From assembly GCA_001818495.1 (NCBI GenBank), contig MHKS01000005.1, positions 402,584-466,583 of the forward strand: a stretch of DNA of 64,000 nt, given 5' to 3'. Source of the stretch: Candidatus Komeilibacteria bacterium RIFOXYD1_FULL_37_29 (GTDB lineage: Bacteria; Patescibacteriota; Patescibacteriia; UBA1558; GWA2-36-10). Below the pieces are notes generated by a model. The model had not been told where the DNA came from. It made no database searches and saw nothing but the letters and a program-made list of their open reading frames with translations. The translations under genes were made by a program, and so were the position numbers. This document shows, one piece after another, positions 28,407 to 38,021 of this stretch (its first letter is position 1; each line of letters begins with the position of its first letter).

Positions 28407-29438
28407 ATGAGTAGTGGAAAGAGAAAAATTTTATTAGTCGGTGGTGGGACATTGGGATCAGTATCACCACTTCTGGCTATTTCGGCCAATTATCCGGCGG
28501 AGTATTTATTTATTGGAACTATAGATGGTCCAGAAAAAGATTTTGTTTTGTCCCAAGGTATAGCCAATTTTCAGGCCATCAAGAGTGGCAAATTGCGTCG
28601 TTATTTTGATGTAAAAAATTTTTCTGATATTTTTCAAACTGTCGCTGGGTTTTTTCAAAGTCTTAAAATTATTTGGAACTTTAAGCCGGACATAGTTTTA
28701 ACCGCCGGTAGTTTTGTAGCTGTGCCAGTAGTCTTCGCAGCTTGGCTACTGAGAAAACCAGTTATTGTCCATCAGCAGGATATAGCTGTGGGTTTGGCCA
28801 ATAAACTGATGGCGCCGTTTGCTAAAAAAATAACTGTATTATTTCCCGAACAGGTTAAAGATTTTGATAGTCGCAAAACAGTGATAACGGGCAATCCCGT
28901 ACGTAGTGTTAAAATTGATTTGGAAAAAAATGAGCCGTTGGTACTGATTACCGGTGGAGGATTGGGTGCGCGAACTATGAATGAATTTGTCAAGCAGTTT
29001 GTGCCCAAAATCCTAGCAGCTGGTTTTAAGGTTTATCATCTGCTGGGCGCCAAAAATGCCGATCAGAGCTTATCCCTAGATGGTTATTATAGTGACAAGT
29101 TTATCAATAAGAATATGATGGATATTTTGGCTCGAGCCGATATTGTCATTTCTCGGGCGGGCATGTCTTCAATTTCGGAGGCAGCCGCGCTCAAAAAAGC
29201 TTTAGTTTTGATTCCAATGACTGGTACTCATCAGGAGAGAAATGCGGCTTTTTTAGCCAAAAAAAACGCTGCCTTGATGATTCGCCAATATAATTATAAG
29301 ATTATGGATAGATATCTTGATAAGCTGTTAAACAAGGAAGATTTGCGAAAAGCTCTAGGTGATAATTTGAATAACCTTTTCCCTCAAAACGCTGTTAATG
29401 ACTATGTTATTCTGATCAATCAAATTTTAAATGAATAA
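28407..29438 (+). CDS. murG: Lipid II GlcNAc transferase
   Basis: GGGTLG, GKLRRY, HQQD, GLAN, GNPVR, SRAG, HQERNA. Confidence 0.92.
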   Translation: MSSGKRKILLVGGGTLGSVSPLLAISANYPAEYLFIGTIDGPEKDFVLSQGIANFQAIKSGKLRRYFDVKNFSDIFQTVAGFFQSLKIIWNFKPDIVLTAGSFVAVPVVFAAWLLRKPVIVHQQDIAVGLANKLMAPFAKKITVLFPEQVKDFDSRKTVITGNPVRSVKIDLEKNEPLVLITGGGLGARTMNEFVKQFVPKILAAGFKVYHLLGAKNADQSLSLDGYYSDKFINKNMMDILARADIVISRAGMSSISEAAALKKALVLIPMTGTHQERNAAFLAKKNAALMIRQYNYKIMDRYLDKLLNKEDLRKALGDNLNNLFPQNAVNDYVILINQILNE

Positions 29439-30801
29439 AATAAATTTGGAAAAAATAAATAAAGTTTATTTATCTGGTATTGGCGGTATTGGTCTATCGG
29501 CGATTGCTTATTATTTTAAAAATTTAGGCAAGGAGGTAGTTGGTTCTGATCTGGCAGAATCAGAAGTTATCAAAAGATTAAAAGAGGCAGATATAGAAAT
29601 AAATTTTAAACAAGTTGCCAAAAATATTTCTGCTGACATTGATTTGTTTATTTATTCTTCAGCCTTGCCACTAGACCATGAGGAACTAGTCAGAGCCAAA
29701 GAGCTGAAAATACCTAGTCTTACTTATTTTCAATTTTTGGGGCTACTCTCTAAAAAGTATAAAACTATTGCTGTAGCCGGCACCAACGGTAAAACTACGA
29801 CGACCGCTATGCTGGGACTGATGCTAGAAAAAGCCGGCCTTGATCCAACAGTCATTGTCGGATCGCTAGTGCCACAGTGGGGTAAAAATTTTCGCCTGGG
29901 GCAGTCAGATATTTTGGTGGTCGAAGCTTGTGAGTGGCAAGCCCATATGTTGGAGATTAAGCCACAGATTATAGTACTCACCAATATAGCCGAGGATCAC
30001 TTGGATTTTTACAAAGATTTAAATGATATCAAGAAGCATTTTCAAAAGTTTGTTAATAAATTACCGGCCGATGGTTTGCTGATTAAAAATTGTGATGATC
30101 AAAATAGCAGTCAGATAAAATTTCGTCAGATAATCGGTATTGGTAAAGAGGAGGGGGCTGATTGTTATTTTAAAAATTTGACGGTGGTGGATAATAAACA
30201 AAAATTTGAAACCAATTTTGGCCGTGACGATAAGTTGTCGGAAATAGAATTGCCAGTGCCGGGTTTGTATAATATCTACAATGCTCTGTCTGCTATAGCG
30301 GTGGCCAATCATTTGGGAGTCAATCGTCATCAGATTTGGAATGCTTTAGCCGAATTTAAAGGCACTTGGCGGCGTTTTGAAATAATTGGTCAGATGAAAT
30401 CAAATATTGTTATTTCTGATTATGCGCATCATCCTGATTCTATTACCATGCTTCTGCGGGCTACTAAAGATTTTTATCCGGACAAAAAAATTATTGCTGT
30501 TTTTCAGCCTCATCATCATAATCGGACCAAAACACTGCTCGATCAATTTGCCAAGGCTTTTTATTTGGCTGATCAGGCCATTATTTTGGAAATTTATAAA
30601 GTGAGTGGTCGGGAAAGTCAAGCAGTAGATAAAGTCAGTTCCGTAGATCTACTGGAAAAGATGAATCACAAGCGCAAGCATTATGCCGCTGATTTTAAAA
30701 AAGCCAAAGAAATACTCAAAGATATAAGTCCAGTTAATGCAGTCATTCTTTTTATCGGCGCAGGGGACATAGATAATTTAGCTAGAGAAATTATTGATTA
30801 A
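29431..30801 (+). CDS. murC: UDP-MurNAc:L-Ala ligase
   Basis: GIGGIGLS, AGTNGKTTT, EACE, DHLD, RRFE, DYAHHP, FQPH, GAGD. Confidence 0.93.
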   Translation: MNKINLEKINKVYLSGIGGIGLSAIAYYFKNLGKEVVGSDLAESEVIKRLKEADIEINFKQVAKNISADIDLFIYSSALPLDHEELVRAKELKIPSLTYFQFLGLLSKKYKTIAVAGTNGKTTTTAMLGLMLEKAGLDPTVIVGSLVPQWGKNFRLGQSDILVVEACEWQAHMLEIKPQIIVLTNIAEDHLDFYKDLNDIKKHFQKFVNKLPADGLLIKNCDDQNSSQIKFRQIIGIGKEEGADCYFKNLTVVDNKQKFETNFGRDDKLSEIELPVPGLYNIYNALSAIAVANHLGVNRHQIWNALAEFKGTWRRFEIIGQMKSNIVISDYAHHPDSITMLLRATKDFYPDKKIIAVFQPHHHNRTKTLLDQFAKAFYLADQAIILEIYKVSGRESQAVDKVSSVDLLEKMNHKRKHYAADFKKAKEILKDISPVNAVILFIGAGDIDNLAREIID

Positions 30802-30802
30802 T

Positions 30803-31585
30803 ATGGAAAAATTATTTATAAAAAATAGAAATAATAAAAATATAGCTGTTTTAGTTGATATAGTAGATAATCAAAAAGGTTTAGTTTTTATAATGCACGG
30901 ATTGGGAGGTTTCAAAGAGCAACGCCATATTCAAACTTTTGCTAAAGCATTCAAAAATCAAGGTTTTACGACAGTTCTTTTTGATGCTACAAATACTTTA
31001 GGTAAAGGAGAAAGTGAAGGTAGTTATGAAGATGCAACAGTCACTAACTATTACGCCGATTTAGAAGATGTGATCAATTGGGCCAAAAAACAAAAATGGT
31101 ATCAACAACCTTTTTGTTTGGTGGGGCATAGTCTTGGTGGTATATGTATAGCATTGTATGCTGAAAATTATCCTAAACAAGTTAAAGGTTTGGCTCCTAT
31201 TTCAACTGTAGTTTCTGGTAAACTTAGTATGGAAACTGAGAAGCATAAAAATATTGCCAAAGAGTGGGAACGAACAGGTTGGTATATTACAGAAAGTTCT
31301 TCTCAGCCAGGAATCATAAAAAGATTAAAGTGGTCTCATATGATTGATCGATTAAAATATGATTTATTATTAAAGGTGGACAAACTCGCGATGCCTGTAT
31401 TGCTTATTGTTGGTGATCAAGATGACAGTACTCTTCCAAAACATCAAAAAATACTTTATGAAAAATTACCTGCTCAAAAAGAATTACATATTATCAAAGG
31501 AGCACAGCATACATTTAAGGAAGAAAAACATCTAAAAGAAATAAAGAAGATTTTTGGTAATTGGATAAAAAAATTAAACACATGA
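30803..31585 (+). CDS. Alpha/beta hydrolase inserted between murC and murB
   Basis: MHGLGG oxyanion motif, GHSLGG nucleophile elbow, GDQD, GAQH. ATG at 30803 preferred over TTG at 30794. Confidence 0.85.
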   Translation: MEKLFIKNRNNKNIAVLVDIVDNQKGLVFIMHGLGGFKEQRHIQTFAKAFKNQGFTTVLFDATNTLGKGESEGSYEDATVTNYYADLEDVINWAKKQKWYQQPFCLVGHSLGGICIALYAENYPKQVKGLAPISTVVSGKLSMETEKHKNIAKEWERTGWYITESSSQPGIIKRLKWSHMIDRLKYDLLLKVDKLAMPVLLIVGDQDDSTLPKHQKILYEKLPAQKELHIIKGAQHTFKEEKHLKEIKKIFGNWIKKLNT

Positions 31586-32502
31586 CCATAGAAAAAAATA
31601 AAAGTTTAAAAGAATATACTACTTTTAAAATTGGCGGACCGGCTGAGTATTTTGCTGAGGTAAAAACTGCTCAAGAAGTGCAGGAAGCTTTACAGTGGGC
31701 CAAGGATAATCAACAATCGGTAAAAATATTGGGTGGTGGTAGTAATATGTTGATTGCTGACGCTGGTCTAAAAGGATTGGTTATAAAACTTAGTTTGGAT
31801 AAATTGGAGTTTGATGATTTGAAAGTAACAGTCGGACCAGGAATAAGATTGGCTTATTTATTAAATAAAGCACTAGAGAGCAATTTAACTGGTTTGGAAT
31901 TTGTCGCTGGAATTCCCGGCACAGTCGGCGGGGCAATTCGCGGTAATGCCGGCACCTATGGCCTAGCTATGGATAGTGTAGTAAAAAAAATAAAATATGC
32001 TGATGAAAATGGTCAACTTAAAGAAATAACAGCCACCGAAGCAAAATTTGCCTATCGTCATAGTATTTTTAAAGAAAATTTTTGGATTATAGTAGAAGCA
32101 GAATTGGAACTAGCCAAAGGAGATATCAAAGTTGCTCGGGTTCTGGTTAATGAGAGATTAAAGTATCGACAAGATACCCAACCAAATTTGCCATCAGCTG
32201 GCTGTATTTTTAAAAACATTCTTTTTGAAGAAGTGGATCTCAAAAAATTGGCCGAAAAAAACATTGATATTGATAAATTTTCTAAGTTTAAAAAGATTCC
32301 GGCGGCTCATTTGATTGAAAGAGCTGGTCTCAAGGGGCACGCTATTGGTGGCGCACAGGTTTCTGATGTGCATGCCAATTATATAGTCAACAATGGTAGA
32401 GCTACAGCCGAGCAGGTTATTATGCTAATTAGCTTTATTAAACAACAAGTTAGGGATAAGTATGGAGTACAATTGCAGGAAGAAGTACAATTATTTGTCT
32501 AA
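31582..32502 (+). CDS. murB: UDP-N-acetylenolpyruvoylglucosamine reductase
   Basis: TTFKIGGPA, GGGSNML, GIPGTVGG, YRHS, SAGCIFKN, HANYIVN. ATG at 31582 overlaps the upstream TGA. Confidence 0.93.
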   Translation: MTIEKNKSLKEYTTFKIGGPAEYFAEVKTAQEVQEALQWAKDNQQSVKILGGGSNMLIADAGLKGLVIKLSLDKLEFDDLKVTVGPGIRLAYLLNKALESNLTGLEFVAGIPGTVGGAIRGNAGTYGLAMDSVVKKIKYADENGQLKEITATEAKFAYRHSIFKENFWIIVEAELELAKGDIKVARVLVNERLKYRQDTQPNLPSAGCIFKNILFEEVDLKKLAEKNIDIDKFSKFKKIPAAHLIERAGLKGHAIGGAQVSDVHANYIVNNGRATAEQVIMLISFIKQQVRDKYGVQLQEEVQLFV

Positions 32503-32546
32503 TATTAGCCAAAAAGAGTATTTTTTTACTTTTTACCCCATAGTTA

Positions 32547-32574
32547 TTGACTTTTTGAAAAAAATCTGTATAAT
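32547..32574 (+). promoter_or_regulatory. Sigma70 promoter of the infA-rpsI operon
   Basis: TTGACT-N16-TATAAT. Confidence 0.65.
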
Positions 32575-32682
32575 ATAGGGGCATTGATTATTTGTAAAAT
32601 TTTTAAGAAATTACGCTTATCTAAGGAAAATTCTTATGGTCAATTTAGGATCAGAGAGGAATTCCTTTTTTTATAGAGATAA

Positions 32683-32919
32683 ATGACAGACCAGGAGCCA
32701 AAAATAAATAAAAAAGGGTTTCTAGAGATGGACGGAGAAGTGTCAGAGCTTCTTCCTAATGCAAACTTTAAGGTGGTTTTAGAAAACGGCCATGAGGTTT
32801 TGGCTCATCTAGCTGGAAAAATGCGTATGTTTAAAATCAGAATACTGCCAGGCGACAAAGTCACTTTAGAGCTGAGTCCCTATGATATGAGTAAAGGCAG
32901 GATTATTTATAGAAAATAA
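32683..32919 (+). CDS. infA: Translation initiation factor IF-1
   Basis: [32 protein letters not shown]. Confidence 0.97.
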   Translation: MTDQEPKINKKGFLEMDGEVSELLPNANFKVVLENGHEVLAHLAGKMRMFKIRILPGDKVTLELSPYDMSKGRIIYRK

Positions 32920-32921
32920 TT

Positions 32922-33035
32922 ATGAAAGTTAGATCATCAGTCAAAAAAATGTGTAAAGATTGTACGATTACCCGCCGTAAGAAGAGGGTAGTTTGTATTT
33001 GTAAAAATCCCAAGCACAAACAAAGACAAGGATAA
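32922..33035 (+). CDS. rpmJ: 50S ribosomal protein L36 (not in ORF track)
   Basis: Manual translation [37 protein letters not shown]; zinc-ribbon form; expected position. Confidence 0.95.
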   Translation: MKVRSSVKKMCKDCTITRRKKRVVCICKNPKHKQRQG

Positions 33036-33068
33036 TTTTAATAATAAGAATTTTAGATATTTAAAAGT

Positions 33069-33455
33069 ATGGCCAGAATATCAGGCGTAAACATTCCCAA
33101 AGAAAAAAGAGCTGAAGTAGCCCTTACTTATATTTATGGTATTGGTATAGCTACGGCTCGTAAAATATTGAAAGAATTAAAATTTGACGTTAATACTAAA
33201 ATAAAAGATTTTAGTGACGAACAAATAAACCAACTTCGACAAAAAGTAGAATCTATTAAAGTAGAAGGTGAGCTTCGTCGCGAAAGAATATCCAACGTTA
33301 AAAGATTGAAAGAAATTAAATCATATCGCGGCACCAGACATTCTAAAGGTTTGCCAGCCAGAGGACAAAGAACCAAAACAAATTCTCGAACTGTCCGCGG
33401 TAACAAACGTATTACTATGGGTAGCGGTCGCGCTCCATCAGCCCAAAAGACCTAA
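33069..33455 (+). CDS. rpsM: 30S ribosomal protein S13
   Basis: [33 protein letters not shown]. Confidence 0.97.
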   Translation: MARISGVNIPKEKRAEVALTYIYGIGIATARKILKELKFDVNTKIKDFSDEQINQLRQKVESIKVEGELRRERISNVKRLKEIKSYRGTRHSKGLPARGQRTKTNSRTVRGNKRITMGSGRAPSAQKT

Positions 33456-33477
33456 TTTTAAATGATTTTTATATAAT

Positions 33478-33864
33478 ATGGCAAATAAAATAAGTTCAAA
33501 AAAGAAAGCTAAAAAGAGCATCAAGAAAGGTCAGGTCTATATTCAGGCCACCTATAACAATACTTTAGTCACTATTGCTGATGAACAGGGCAATACTTTG
33601 GCTTGGTCATCAGCTGGTGTTAATGGTTTTAAAGGTCCTAAAAAAGCCACTCCCTATGCGGCTGGCATTATCGTTAGAAATGCTTGTGATAAAGTAAAGG
33701 ATATGGGACTGATAACCGTTGATGTTTTTGTGACTGGAGTGGGCGCTGGACGAGAAGCCGCCGTTAGAGCTTTGCACGCCAATGGTTTGACCATAAATTC
33801 TATTAAGGATTTGACTCCTATACCACACAATGGTTGCCGTCCCAAGAAAACAAGAAGAGTATAA
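33478..33864 (+). CDS. rpsK: 30S ribosomal protein S11
   Basis: [26 protein letters not shown]. Confidence 0.97.
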   Translation: MANKISSKKKAKKSIKKGQVYIQATYNNTLVTIADEQGNTLAWSSAGVNGFKGPKKATPYAAGIIVRNACDKVKDMGLITVDVFVTGVGAGREAAVRALHANGLTINSIKDLTPIPHNGCRPKKTRRV

Positions 33865-33883
33865 TTTGAATATAATTTAAGAT

Positions 33884-34492
33884 ATGGCTAGAAATTTAAA
33901 ACCCAGATATAAAGCAAGTCGTAGATTCGGTGAAAATGTTGCCGATACTTTAAAGCAGTCAAAGAAAAATTATCCTGCCGGCATGCACGGTCCCAAGAAA
34001 GCTTTTACCAAAACCTCTGAATACGGTAGACAACTTCAGGAAAAACAAAAAGCTAAGGCCATTTATGGTATGTTGGAAAAACAATTCAAATTGACTTTTG
34101 AAAAATCTACCAAATTACCAGGTGACCTCGGACAGAATTTTCTAACAATGCTCGAAACTCGTTTGGACAATGTAGTTTATCGAGCTGGGCTAGCTCAAAC
34201 TAGACGTTTGGCTCGTCAATTGGTCAATCATGGCCATTTCATTGTTGATGGTGTATCTACCGATATTCCTTCTTTTAGAGTACAACCCGGACAAGTAATC
34301 AAAGTTAAAGATAATAAAATTAAAAAAGGCTATTGGTCAGCTTTAGCAGAAAAATTGGGCAAAGCAGAAACAGCCGGTTGGTTGTCCTTAGATGTCAAAA
34401 ATTTTACTATTACCGTCAATTCTTTGCCAAACAAGGAAGATTTGCCGGCCAATATAGACATGCCTTTGATAGTTGATTTTTATTCTAGATAA
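33884..34492 (+). CDS. rpsD: 30S ribosomal protein S4
   Basis: SEYGRQLQEKQK, LETRLDNVVYR, ARQLVNHGH, FYSR. Confidence 0.97.
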   Translation: MARNLKPRYKASRRFGENVADTLKQSKKNYPAGMHGPKKAFTKTSEYGRQLQEKQKAKAIYGMLEKQFKLTFEKSTKLPGDLGQNFLTMLETRLDNVVYRAGLAQTRRLARQLVNHGHFIVDGVSTDIPSFRVQPGQVIKVKDNKIKKGYWSALAEKLGKAETAGWLSLDVKNFTITVNSLPNKEDLPANIDMPLIVDFYSR

Positions 34493-34519
34493 TAATAAAT
34501 AAAAACTAAAAATAGACTT

Positions 34520-35290
34520 ATGATTCAAATTACATTACCAGACAAAATAGACATCAAGGATTTAAAGGATAACCATTATCAAGTGGTGATTGAGCCTTTT
34601 TTTCCAGGTTTTGGCGTCACGGTAGCCAACTCTCTTCGCAGAGTATTATTATCATCTCTTGAGGGATCGGCCGTAACTTCTTTTAAAGTAGAGGGTGCGC
34701 AACATGAATTTGATTCTGTCGAGGGAGTCAAAGAAGATTTGGTAGAAATTATGCTAAATCTTAAACAACTAAGACTAAAGTCTTTTTCTGATGAGCCCGT
34801 AAAACTGATTATTGAAGTGAAGGGTGAAAAAGTAGTGACAGCTTCAGACATCAAAAAAAATGCTGATGTTGAAATAATGAATTCAGATTTGGTCATTGCT
34901 ACCATCACTGATAAAAGCACCAAGCTGGGCATGGAAATTACTGTGGAAAATGGCAGAGGCTATGTGACTGTGGAACAACGCGATGAAAGTAAAAAATTGG
35001 AAATTAGTAATGTAGCCATTGATTCTAGCTTTTCTCCGGTATTAAACGTCGGCTACAAGATAGACAATGTCCGCGTGGGGGAAATGACTAATTATGAGAG
35101 AGTTACTATGGATTTGGTCACTGATGGTACTATTGATGCTACTGAGGCAATTTCTAAGGCCGCTAAAATTTTGGAAGATCATTTCGGATTATTTATTAAA
35201 AATAAATCTGAAGAAGTAGAAGCTGAACCAGAAGAAAAACCCAAAAAAGCTTCTAAAAAAGCTAGTAAGGATAAAAAAGAAGATAAATAA
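34520..35290 (+). CDS. rpoA: RNA polymerase alpha subunit lacking the C-terminal domain
   Basis: EPFFPGFGVTVANSLRRVLLSS, HEF..GVKED, GRGYV, IDSSFSPV; ends in an acidic/Lys-rich tail. Confidence 0.95.
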   Translation: MIQITLPDKIDIKDLKDNHYQVVIEPFFPGFGVTVANSLRRVLLSSLEGSAVTSFKVEGAQHEFDSVEGVKEDLVEIMLNLKQLRLKSFSDEPVKLIIEVKGEKVVTASDIKKNADVEIMNSDLVIATITDKSTKLGMEITVENGRGYVTVEQRDESKKLEISNVAIDSSFSPVLNVGYKIDNVRVGEMTNYERVTMDLVTDGTIDATEAISKAAKILEDHFGLFIKNKSEEVEAEPEEKPKKASKKASKDKKEDK

Positions 35291-35308
35291 TATTGAGTTA
35301 ATCGAAAT

Positions 35309-35659
35309 ATGAGACACAGAAAAGTAGGCAGAAAATTGGGGAGAAAAACCGGTCCACGCAAGGCTTTGAAAGACAGCTTGGCCACTTCATTGGTTTTGTA
35401 TGAAAAAATTGTTACTACTGAAACCAAGGCCAAAACTATCCGTCCAATTGTAGAAAAACTGGTTACTCGCGCTAAGATCAAATCAGTCCACAATAAACAG
35501 CAATTAAGTAGAGTATTGGAAGATAAAAAAGCTGTTCAAAAATTATTGGATGTTTTGGGACCACGTTATAAAGATAGAAAGGGCGGTTATACTCGTATTA
35601 TCAAGATGTCTCGTCGTCAGGGTGACGGTGCAGCCATGGCTCAAATTGAATTTGTATAA
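35309..35659 (+). CDS. rplQ: 50S ribosomal protein L17
   Basis: MRHRKVGRKLGR, TTETKAK, GGYTRI, RQGDGA. Confidence 0.97.
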   Translation: MRHRKVGRKLGRKTGPRKALKDSLATSLVLYEKIVTTETKAKTIRPIVEKLVTRAKIKSVHNKQQLSRVLEDKKAVQKLLDVLGPRYKDRKGGYTRIIKMSRRQGDGAAMAQIEFV

Positions 35660-35663
35660 ACAT

Positions 35664-36011
35664 ATGGAAAGAAATACACATAAAATTGACGCAACTGGGA
35701 AAATAGCTGGCCGATTGTCCAGTAAGATTGCTATGCTTTTGCAAGGTAAAAATAAAGCCGATTATCAACCACAAATTGATGGTGGTGATACTGTTGAAGT
35801 TTCCAATGTGGCGGCTATGAAATTTTCTGGCAAGAAATTGGAGACCAAAGTTTATTATAGAACCACTGGCTATCCAGGCGGTATCCGCAATAAAAGTTTA
35901 AAAGACATGATGGCTAAAACTCCTGATCAGGTCTTGCGCCAGATGGTTCGTTTGATGCTCCCAGATAATAAACTAAGAGCTAATAGAATTAAGAGATTAA
36001 AAATAAGTTAA
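35664..36011 (+). CDS. rplM: 50S ribosomal protein L13 (short, 115 aa)
   Basis: IDATGKIAGRL, LQGKNK, DGGD, TGYPGG, MLP. Start at ATG 35664, not 35550. Confidence 0.93.
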   Translation: MERNTHKIDATGKIAGRLSSKIAMLLQGKNKADYQPQIDGGDTVEVSNVAAMKFSGKKLETKVYYRTTGYPGGIRNKSLKDMMAKTPDQVLRQMVRLMLPDNKLRANRIKRLKIS

Positions 36012-36012
36012 T

Positions 36013-36426
36013 ATGGCCGTAAAGAAAGAACATAAAGACTATATTTCAGCTGTTGGCAAGAGAAAAAGAGCTGTCGCCAGAGTTAGAATTATTAAAGGTA
36101 ATGTCAAAGGCATAAAAATTACTGTCAACGACAAAGATTATAAAGAATATTTGCCTTATACTCAGTGGCAAGAATTGATCTTAAAACCATTAAATTTAAC
36201 TGGTCGTGATAATATTGCTATTTCTATCAAGGTTCAGGGTGGTGGTGTCAGAGGTCAGGTTGGCGCTATTAGCCATGGTATTTCCAGAGCTTTGCTTAAG
36301 ACCGATGAAGAACTGCGTGCTACTCTTAGAAAAGAAGGCCTATTAACCAGAGATGATCGTCGCAAAGAACGAAAGAAACCCGGACTTAGAAAAGCTCGTC
36401 GTGCGCCACAATGGAGTAAGCGTTAA
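36013..36426 (+). CDS. rpsI: 30S ribosomal protein S9
   Basis: GKRKRAVARV, GGGVRGQ, LTRDDR.KERKKPG, QWSKR. Confidence 0.97.
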   Translation: MAVKKEHKDYISAVGKRKRAVARVRIIKGNVKGIKITVNDKDYKEYLPYTQWQELILKPLNLTGRDNIAISIKVQGGGVRGQVGAISHGISRALLKTDEELRATLRKEGLLTRDDRRKERKKPGLRKARRAPQWSKR

Positions 36427-36455
36427 AGAACTAAAATCATATAAAGCTAAATATA

Positions 36456-36480
36456 AAAAAGCCCCCGATCGGGGCTTTTT
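36456..36480 (+). terminator. Intrinsic terminator of the ribosomal operon
   Basis: AAAAAGCCCC-CGATC-GGGGCTTTTT. Confidence 0.85.
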
Positions 36481-36590
36481 ATTATCGTCAGTCAAGGCCC
36501 TTAAATCGTGGGTATTTTTTGTTATATTAGCCAATATTTTTACTAACTACAGACATTTATTTTTATTGCTCTTTATGTTAGAATTAGCCC

Positions 36591-38021
36591 ATGGTTACTA
36601 GTCAAAGAATCACTGCTAATACTAGTTTTTTTATGGCTGCTCTGATAATTCAGAAGGTTTTTTCTTTTGTTTATTTTACTCTTTTAGCTCGAAATTTGGG
36701 GGCGGAGGGTATTGGACAGTATTTTTTCGCAGTTTCTTTTGCTAGTATGTTTTCTGTTTTAGTTGACCTGGGTTTATCACCACTTTTGATCAGAGAAGTA
36801 GCCAAGGAAAAAGAAGAGCTGGAAAAATGGTTTCAGCAAGTTTTTACTTTAAAAATTATATTTTCTCTGATCACGGTTGTTATTATTTTGGCTTTGGATT
36901 TTATATTGTTTTATAACGATGCAGTCAGAAATTTAATATTTATTTCCACAGCTATTATTTTGATTGATAGTTTCACTTTAATTTTTTATGCTTTTATCAG
37001 AGGCAAACAAAATCTAAAATTTGAATCTTGGGGGACTATTATTTTTCAGATCGTTGTGATGATAAGTGGTTTGAGTTTATTGAAGGTGACTGATAAGGTT
37101 TGGCCATTTTTAATTGTTTTATTTTCCGCCAGCTTATTTAACCTGATTTATTCAGCTTTTATTTTAAATAGAAAGTTTTTTGTTAAGTTTAAATTGTATT
37201 TTTCCAAGGACTTAGTCAAACAGATCATGTTGATTGCTTTACCTTTTGCTTTAGCAGCTATTTTTGCCAAAGTTTATGCTTATATTGATACTGTTTTTAT
37301 AAAGATTTTTCTCGGTGATCAAGAAGTCGGATTTTACAGTGTGGCTTATAAGATTACTTTCTCTCTGCAGTTTATTCCCTTGGCTTTTGTGGCAGCGCTT
37401 TATCCGGCTTTTTCCAATTATTTTAAATACGATGTGGAAAAGCTAAAAAGTACTTTTGCTAAAGCTTTTAATTATTTGGCTTTTATAGCTTTGCCGGTCA
37501 GTTTTGGGATCATTGCTGTGTCCGGTGAAATAGTCCATAAATTATATACTGAAGATTTTGATTCTATTTGGCCATTGCGGGTGTTGATTGCTTCCATACC
37601 ATTTTTGTTTATTAATTTCTCATTATCTAGTTTTTTAAATGCTACTGAGCGTCAAAAAATAAATACCAGAAATTTAGGTATAGTGATGATGTTTAATATT
37701 GTTTTAAATTTGATATTTATACCAAAATTTGGAGTTTGGGGGGCTAGCTTGGCTTCTACTCTTTCCACTTTATTTTTATTTGGCTTGAATCTTTCTGAAG
37801 TAATGAAAGTGATTCATATGCCTATTAGATTTTTTAAGCCACTTTTAGGCTCTTTATTTTCAGCTGTTTTGATGTATGGGGCAGTAATTTATAGTAAAGA
37901 TATAATCGGTTGGTTTTTCTCTATCTTAGTGGGGGGCGTAGTCTATTTGATTTTGATGCTTTTGACCAAAACAATTAGAAAACAAGATTTTCTTTTTATC
38001 AAAAATTCTTTTAGATCATGA
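36591..38021 (+). CDS. Wzx-type oligosaccharide flippase (MOP family)
   Basis: About 14 TM helices, LARNLG, DLGL..LLIRE, VGFYSVAYK. Confidence 0.85.
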   Translation: MVTSQRITANTSFFMAALIIQKVFSFVYFTLLARNLGAEGIGQYFFAVSFASMFSVLVDLGLSPLLIREVAKEKEELEKWFQQVFTLKIIFSLITVVIILALDFILFYNDAVRNLIFISTAIILIDSFTLIFYAFIRGKQNLKFESWGTIIFQIVVMISGLSLLKVTDKVWPFLIVLFSASLFNLIYSAFILNRKFFVKFKLYFSKDLVKQIMLIALPFALAAIFAKVYAYIDTVFIKIFLGDQEVGFYSVAYKITFSLQFIPLAFVAALYPAFSNYFKYDVEKLKSTFAKAFNYLAFIALPVSFGIIAVSGEIVHKLYTEDFDSIWPLRVLIASIPFLFINFSLSSFLNATERQKINTRNLGIVMMFNIVLNLIFIPKFGVWGASLASTLSTLFLFGLNLSEVMKVIHMPIRFFKPLLGSLFSAVLMYGAVIYSKDIIGWFFSILVGGVVYLILMLLTKTIRKQDFLFIKNSFRS

